Positions 56,632 to 64,000 of a stretch of DNA of 64,000 nt are shown here, in pieces. This stretch comes from Paragordius varius (taxonomy: Eukaryota > Animalia > Nematomorpha), in assembly GCA_964247055.1 (NCBI GenBank), contig OZ176050.1, positions 7,192,001 to 7,256,000 on the forward strand. Direction: 5' to 3'. The notes under the pieces are model-generated. The model was given only the letters and a program-made list of their open reading frames with translations, had not been told where the DNA came from and did not search any database. How positions within the stretch are numbered: position 1 is the stretch's first letter; each line of letters opens with the position of its first letter. Position numbers and translations under genes: made by a program.

Positions 56632-59600
56632 TTAGCGAACAGGAGCTAAATTAGCTGGATTATTTTGAGTCAGGCCAGGTTCATTAGCAAACAGCTGTTT
56701 GAAATGGGGTAGACAATAGACATCTTCGTTTCGTGTCGCGTATTTTTCAAGCCTATCGATATAAAAATATTTTATGTAAACACTAAAGTTATTTCATCTA
56801 AGAATATCAGAATTTCCTACATTATTTACGACATTAATATGAATCTTATTTAACAACTCCATCGTTACCCACACAATTTAAATACTTGATAGTATTTTTT
56901 AAACCTATCTTAATTATAGCGTGGTAAAGATTATTTGCAGTAAAAATTAAAATTATGCGGACGAAACGTAAAATATAAAGACAACTATGTTTTTTTCAAA
57001 AGACAACCATACGGTTATAGACATTGATTTCCTAATTATTTAATTACAATTGTGATTTGTGTCACCAATATACATCTCTATTTCATATTTTTTTTAAAAA
57101 TCTTAAACATGATTTATATTTAAAAATTAAGATGGAAAAAGAAGTATGGTTGTCTTTTAGAAATAAATATGTCTTCATTTTTTTACGTTTTGTCCGTACA
57201 ATATCAATTTTTACCGATAAATACCAAACGATTATATACAATAAATCTTTTAATTATTTTTATATTTTAGTATTTGTGAAATAAAGCATGATTGCAAATA
57301 AATTTAATCACCTTAAAGGAGTTCCACAGTATTGGCATTTAAAACAGTTTTTATGAATCGGTTTTTTATTGAAATCCATTCGATCCACAGGGAACAATCT
57401 TTCACCGCATATATAACAGTATTCAGTTTTAGCGGAAATATTGATTTTTGGATCCTTGATATAAAAATCATGTAATGATAAAATTTTTATGAAAAATGAA
57501 ATATATATTAAAAAATATAGGTTACGTAATAACATCAATCATAATCATTATTATTATTTATTGCAAACAGATGTAAAGGTTATTTTTTAATCGCAAAATA
57601 AACATATTTTGTAACCATACCAATAATTTATTTTTTTAATGTTAAACGGTTTTAAAAAAATACGGTAAATTTTTTGACGACAATGTGTTCCTTTGAATTG
57701 CGTTGATTTTCGTTACTGTTTGGCACGGATTCAAAAAAGCTTGTCAAATTTCTTGCATTCACCTTCTCACTTATCACTAAAGTATTGGACAAAACACAAC
57801 AATGTTTATACGAAAAAATAAAATAAAGGCAAAACGTAAAAACTAACAAATTAATATTTTTAAAAAAGAATAATTTATAAATCCTATAATTTTTCTATTT
57901 AACGCATGAAATTACAATTGCGTTATTTTTAATATTGATCCTAACAATTTACATCTCTGTTTCATTTTCGAAACCCAAAACGACAAGTTATAATTCAAAA
58001 ACCTCGGTTTTACCGGTCATAAACGCAAACCTGCTTTATATGACCTCCCTAAAAATAGGTCTCATAAAATAAGGGTACAATAAATTAATTAGCGTACCAA
58101 GCACTTTCTTATTAGTAAGTCCAAAGATATACCCTAGACGTAGATTCATCAAAGGAATCAAGAATAATTATCTATATCTATATAGATATAGATATATGAA
58201 ATATTATTCCATAAAAATTAAAATTATTTTTATTTTAGATGAAAAAACTTCAATTTAACAATTGGAATCAATACACAAAGTGTCCATTTATTATGTCAAA
58301 GGTTTACATACACCCCTAAAAGAAAACAACCAACAATACGCATTAAATGTCTTAGCAGCCAACACAATTAATTACAATTTTCGGATTAAACAATAAACCA
58401 AATCCATTTAGTTACCATTATCTTTTTCTTGGGGACTAGTGGCGCGTATATAGTTAGGATCATCGATGTGCATAGGTTCATTTTCATAAACAACCTTTTC
58501 GGAAGTTCGAGGCGGTGTAATTTCGCGGACTCGAGGCTGGGTGTGACCATTTTGATTTATGTTTTGACCGTTTTCTAAAGCTTTAAACTTGGCAATTCTA
58601 TAAAAATAGTGTATTTTTATGTGAAAAGAATAAAAAAGGCTAGGCTCATACTTATTTTTGGTGTCAATTTGAAAGTTTAATCCTTTTTCCATGTCATTTG
58701 GGGTTGAAGAAAGATTGTTATTTGAATCATTTACCCCACCACCATCTGTATTATTTTCTTCGTGATGCGCTTGTTCCGTTTGTCTTAGCGCCAATATTTC
58801 TTGGAAGATATCTTTTTTCTCTGGAGAAGATTCGCGTGCCTCATTGTTTACAATATTCTCAAATCGTTTTCGAAACATTTGAGCAGCTCCAGCTGTATTT
58901 TGTCTAAGGCGAGAAACTTCACTTTCAAGCTCATTCATTTCGTTTCCGTATCGAACTAAATCCGGGGGTAAGCCATCGGCTCTAGGTTCGGAGACATATT
59001 CAACCTGAAAAAAAGAGTAGTTATCTCCAATCAACATGTAATTTTAAAAGAAAACGAAACTCGTAAGTTATGAGGTAGGGATGTCGTTTCTAAAAATTCG
59101 TTAATAAATTAAAAAAACATATTTTATCAACATCAAATGTAAGAGATAAACACCCATATCAAATTTGGGTCTTTGTGATAATAGTTAATAAGGATGAAAC
59201 CAATCTAAAAATGATTTCAGCTGATATTTCGTTTTCTGTCGGTTATCTACATCTTCAATTGAATGCCATTTTTACAAGCTGCTTAAACTTTTAAGAATGG
59301 TCCAACATTTAAAATAGCAAACGCCCCTTATCGACGTTATTATAATTTTGATATAAACCTTATCCGTATCCTCAATCTTAATGGGTGACTTTGCGCGTGG
59401 TAAGGCATCCTCCTTAGCAGCATTAAGAATTCGCTCTTTTATGAGATTTGTACCTAGTTCCATTTACACAAATAAGAATATATATATGATATTAGGGATT
59501 AAAAAAAATATATTTTATACTCGTTTTAAACTGTTCAAATTCGCTTTTAAAGTCGGTTTTAGTGTTATCGGAGTCCGTATTATCTTTTCCACCTTCTAGC

Positions 59601-60818
59601 CGTCTTTTGAAACTTTCCAATTTGTTTTTCCGAGCTTCTGATTCTTCGGGCGTCACCTCTGCTTCCAAATTAAGCGGAATCGGCTTAGAGTCACCGTCTT
59701 CTTGAGCATTTACTTAACATAAAATACCAATAAATATTGATCTTTGTATTTATATCAACATTATTTTGGCTATTATAAATCTCTGCGAAAACCATAATTT
59801 ATTAAAAAAAATTGTTTTAATTTCAACATATACATACCAAGTGAATCAAATTTTTCTTTAAGACTTGTTAGTCCCCCTTTGCGATTGCGTATATCTTCAA
59901 GTTCCTGATATCTGGCCTAAAAATGTATATTATATTCGTTAAAATTTACTGTTTTTTTTCAATAAAATGTTTTAGATAACTTTTACCTTTTCAAGTTCAT
60001 CTAATCTAGCCTGTACGGCAGTTATTTCAGCATCTGTACCGTTTTGACCATTCTCATGTATTCTAACCATAATTTTTTTAAAAATATATTTTAATATCAA
60101 TTTAAACATCTTTTAAAAACTGTTGATAAAATTATCCCTATCGTTCAACACTTTCAGAGGGATAAAATTGTTTATGCCGTCCGATAAAAAAGCGAATTGA
60201 ATATCATTATAGGATTAAAAAATTTGACAAATTAAATATTTATTTCGATAAAACTGACATCAATAATTTTTAATGCTCATTAATTATCTATCCGTTAAAA
60301 TTAACGCCAATTTTAGTGGCTATCCCATAAAAAATTAAGCATAAATGAAAAAATATTTGAATATAACTTAGATATTGTAAATATTTTCCACAAAAGAAAT
60401 TCCTTAGCTGAAAAAATTGATTATAATGATATATTCTAGGACAAAAAGATTCACTTGGACATTTTAAGCTTCAAAATTTCGGCTTTAAGTTCTTTGATTT
60501 CGGTCGAGTGTCTCTTCTTTTTCTCACTTTTTTCGATTTGTCCACTTTCAAATTTGGCCCATATATTATGCAATTTTTCAGATCTTTCCTGTTCATCAAT
60601 GTGATCCTCTTCTGACGCGTCGCTTCCTGTGTCCTCACCCTTCGTGTTGACATTCGTGTTATTATTTAAAGTCTCTTTGATTGAATCAGCATTATTCTGT
60701 GATATTCCATTTACATAAGCTGGTGTTTGGGATCGGGATGAATAATTCCCGTTTTGAAGCGAGGCTGGTTGGGACGACTGAGATTGTCGGTAAGAGTTAG
60801 CATTCGTTCCATTAATAT
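56632..60818 (-). CDS. LIM-domain cytoskeletal protein (EPLIN/LIMA1-Xin-like), at least 10 exons, 5' end not located
   Basis: C-terminal LIM domain split across exons near 57310-57447 and 56632-56752: CYICGERLFPVDRM...HKNCFKCQYCGTPLR|LEKYA...YCLPHFKQLF; upstream REITPPR, VYENEP and coiled-coil-like segments joined by phase-consistent GT-AG introns. Confidence 0.8.
56938..57216. mobile_element. Tc1/pogo-type MITE in the last intron of the LIM gene
   Basis: Second copy of the 6644-6925 family with inverted CGGACGAAACG / CGTTTTGTCCG arms. Confidence 0.7.
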
Positions 60819-63800
60819 CTATATGGGAAAATAAAGGTTAAACTATTAAAAGTTAAGTAAATATAATTTAATATAGAAACAGTGTCATACATTAGCAGGT
60901 GCTACTCTCTAAAAAACCCTAATTTTTTAAAAACCTAAATAATCAAAATAACACCCTTTTTATACCGCGGACACAGTAACGCTTCCCTTTGCGGATCGTC
61001 ATTATTTTTAAAAATTTTTTTGTCGCATATAGCACCCGCTCTTTGTGGCTAGTTCAATAATGGGCCATGTTTAAATACATTAGAGTTGTAAATTATATTG
61101 ATGTGTGTAATTATTATGTGAAAAGGTTATTTTATAGTATCGTTTTACGAAATATTAATCAATGTGAGACTAACAATTAAGAGCCGATTGTCAAAAACAT
61201 AAAATATAAAAAAGCATTTAAAATTATTTGTTAATAGAGTTACAATATTATAAAATGATATAATCTATTATTATAATCTAAATTTTTATTTAATTTATAT
61301 AGCTGGAAAATATTATAATATTGATAAAAATAGGTTTAAATATATATATATAAGGGTTAGCTTTATGGTTATTAAGTTATTTAAAAAAAATGATGATAGT
61401 GTTCGTATTTTTTTATAGCAAATTTATATATAAATTTAAAATATTTTTCACCAACACGCTCAAAACAATTTATATTCCAGGCATTGTAATGATATATTTA
61501 CTGGAGAGTTCACCACAGAATTATCGATTTTTTCCAAGAATCCATAAAAAAGACGCACATTAAATTTAAAGCCATTTTCGGACAAATATTGAAAAAGGCC
61601 CACTAAAATCAATAGTTTTATTTAAATTGTGCTTTATTTGACTACAATATTTGTTTTCAATATATAAAGATTTAAAAATATTTTAAAAATTATGTATGCG
61701 GGGGTATGTGAAAAAGCGTTCACAATAACAAATAGTTTACTCTATAGAGCAGATTTTCTAGCCTAAAAAACACTACATGAAAGTTGCGTATTGTTTTTAG
61801 AAAAGGAAAGGGTTCAATAACATTACTTAATTATAGATTTAATGATTTAAATCCAATATGATAGCTATTGTGGTGGCTAGTTGATGATTGTAAACCAAAA
61901 AATATTTTTACGTTATGTAAATTCTTAAACACAAAGGCAGAGAAGAAAAACAGTTTTTCCTAAAACGAAAATTCGTTTAATGTTAATGAACAATGAGGGT
62001 ATGTTTCTTCTTAACAAACAAATAAAATGATTGGAGACACAAAACTAACACTATAACTAATTATCGCAGTAATTTAATCATTTTTTTAATAAAATTTTTT
62101 ATGTATTATATTAAATTTTGTCGAAAGGTATAAGTCAGATTAAAACATATAAAGATTAGAAATTTCGGTTACGTTTATTCCGTAGTTCGGTAAAAAAGGC
62201 TGAAAAAAGTTTCTGATGATATGATTACAAAATTTTGCAAAACTTTTTAATTTACTATATAATTGTTATGTTATTTCAATAAAGTGGTTTAATACCCTCT
62301 AATTTGCGACAATAGAGATTTAAGATGAGATAAATTATCTAAAATACCCCTCTATATGGGAATCTTTAATAAGTATTCAGATTTTGGGTTTAGACACTTT
62401 ATATTTTGCAAATGCGAACTTATTATAAATAGCCCAAACTAAAAGCACTTTTTGCGTCCATAGCCGTTGAAAAATAGGCTGGATCAAAAACTTAATAAAA
62501 AAATCAAGGTATTATTACCCACTCACTACTTTAGACCGATGAAAAAGGCAAGACATGACTTTAGTTAATGTTTAAACTACAGTTATATTCCCATTTAATA
62601 CTAAAAAACTTATAAAATGTATATACCAAATTTATTAAGTATTACAATCTGTTTCAAAGGATATTGTAGTTTTAAAATAAAGTTTAAAATAAAGCTAACA
62701 ATCATTTCATTTTAAAATAAAATTATTAAAATTTGAAAAATGAAAAGTTTACTTTGGTTATTGTATGAAGAATGGATGGTAGAATAAGAATTTTCAAAAC
62801 AGTTAACAACCATCAAAAAAGGTGCCCGGAAAATAAATATTAGTAACAAAGGTTTGTACGAATTGTTTTATAATTTATTTTTTATAAGATACAAGATTAT
62901 AGTTATAAATGTGTTTGTTTTAAATAGCAAGCATATTTGATAAGATATATCTGAACAATGAAATAAAAATAAATATATTATAAAAACCGTAAGCAAATAG
63001 ATATTTCTGTACCAAAAATTATAATTATTAATATTAAATTTTTTGGCAATTTAAAAATTTTAAATTTCAACAATTTTTATATAAAATAAAATAAATGCAG
63101 CACAAGGCAAGAATAAGATTAAAAATATTATATATGTTAAAAATGTTTATATTGTTTCACTATTAATAAAGAAATAACATTCGTTCAGGGAAAACTTTTA
63201 TATATTCAGATAAATCAATAATTGTTTAAAAAACTATATTTTTATATAAAATGTTAGCTAAATAATCATCGCACGGTATTTTCTCATATAGGAATTGATA
63301 GGTTTATCTTCTCTTATTTGTATTTTTTAAAAAAATCGATCCGATTTTGCAAAGAAATTTTTACTAGAAGTATTTGTATCAATCTGGGATGAATTTTAGT
63401 TACAAATTAACGGATGCAATGAATTTATTAATGTAATAGTCAAACTTAGAAAAGTCATTTAAAAAATATGGTATTAAAACATTTTTATATAAAACGACAT
63501 ATTTGGAGAAAACAATACCTCTAATTAATTAAAAAAGTTACGAAATTAAAAGATTGTGGCATTTTCAATGATTTTTAAATAAATTTTGTTTTATTAACAT
63601 ATAATTAAACTGGGCTAAATTTTTTAGTAGATGGACCTGCAGAAAATGGTAGATGTAAAATACTTCATTTAGGGTTTTATAAACTTTCCGTTTGTTTCAC
63701 GATATATAAAATGAAGCTTTAGTAATATAAGCAGCGTACTTTGTAAATATCTTATATTTGCAATTTTTATTTTTTAAAAAACAGCTGCAATTTCATAGAA

Positions 63801-64000
63801 GCTGTATTGCACTAAGTTTATTAACTAGCCTTAGTTATATCCATATCCTGAATGCTTAAAACAATTTAAATGTACAATATAATTTGTATTGCATTCGAGT
63901 TCATTTAAAAATTTAGGGCTTGGTTAAATTATTAATCAGAATACATTTAAGAGACGGAATATTATTGGTTAAAAAGGGTTTAAAATTGGTGCAAAGATAA

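Noticed and set aside
61490-61550. Candidate first exon of the LIM gene
   Set aside because: The only open frame ends in phase 0, while the exon at 60818 needs phase 1.

Overview
Strongly AT-rich eukaryotic nuclear DNA from an animal. The gene set is metazoan. Spliceosomal introns of only 22-32 nt alongside kb-long, transposon-filled introns suggest a genome-reduced parasite lineage such as myxozoans or dicyemids (inference only). Manual splicing recovers eight protein genes, most only fragmentarily visible in the ORF track: FDX1-like ferredoxin (+), a reprolysin/ADAMTS-like M12B protease with pro- and catalytic domains only (+, with tRNA-Thr(AGT) in an intron), a CDK4/6-like kinase (-) with Glu at its inhibitory G-loop tyrosine, a shortened ATP6AP2 (-), BCOR-like (+), NDUFS4 (-), an intronless Pro/His-rich putatively secreted orphan (+) and an EPLIN/Xin-type LIM protein (-). 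At 45.6-54.4 kb is a nested transposon stack. An intact Mag-like Ty3/gypsy element with apparently identical LTRs sits inside a decayed hAT (Blackjack-like) element that has a 6-bp TSD and an internal inverted copy of its own transposase, and this is flanked by inverted arms of another repeat family. Also present are piggyBac-, Tc1/pogo- and hAT-type MITEs, two Helitron copies, and an unassigned foldback family with CCAT...ATGG ends in TA context and 21-bp subterminal arrays. No CRISPR or prokaryotic features were seen. All calls come from reading the sequence by eye; no database search was run.
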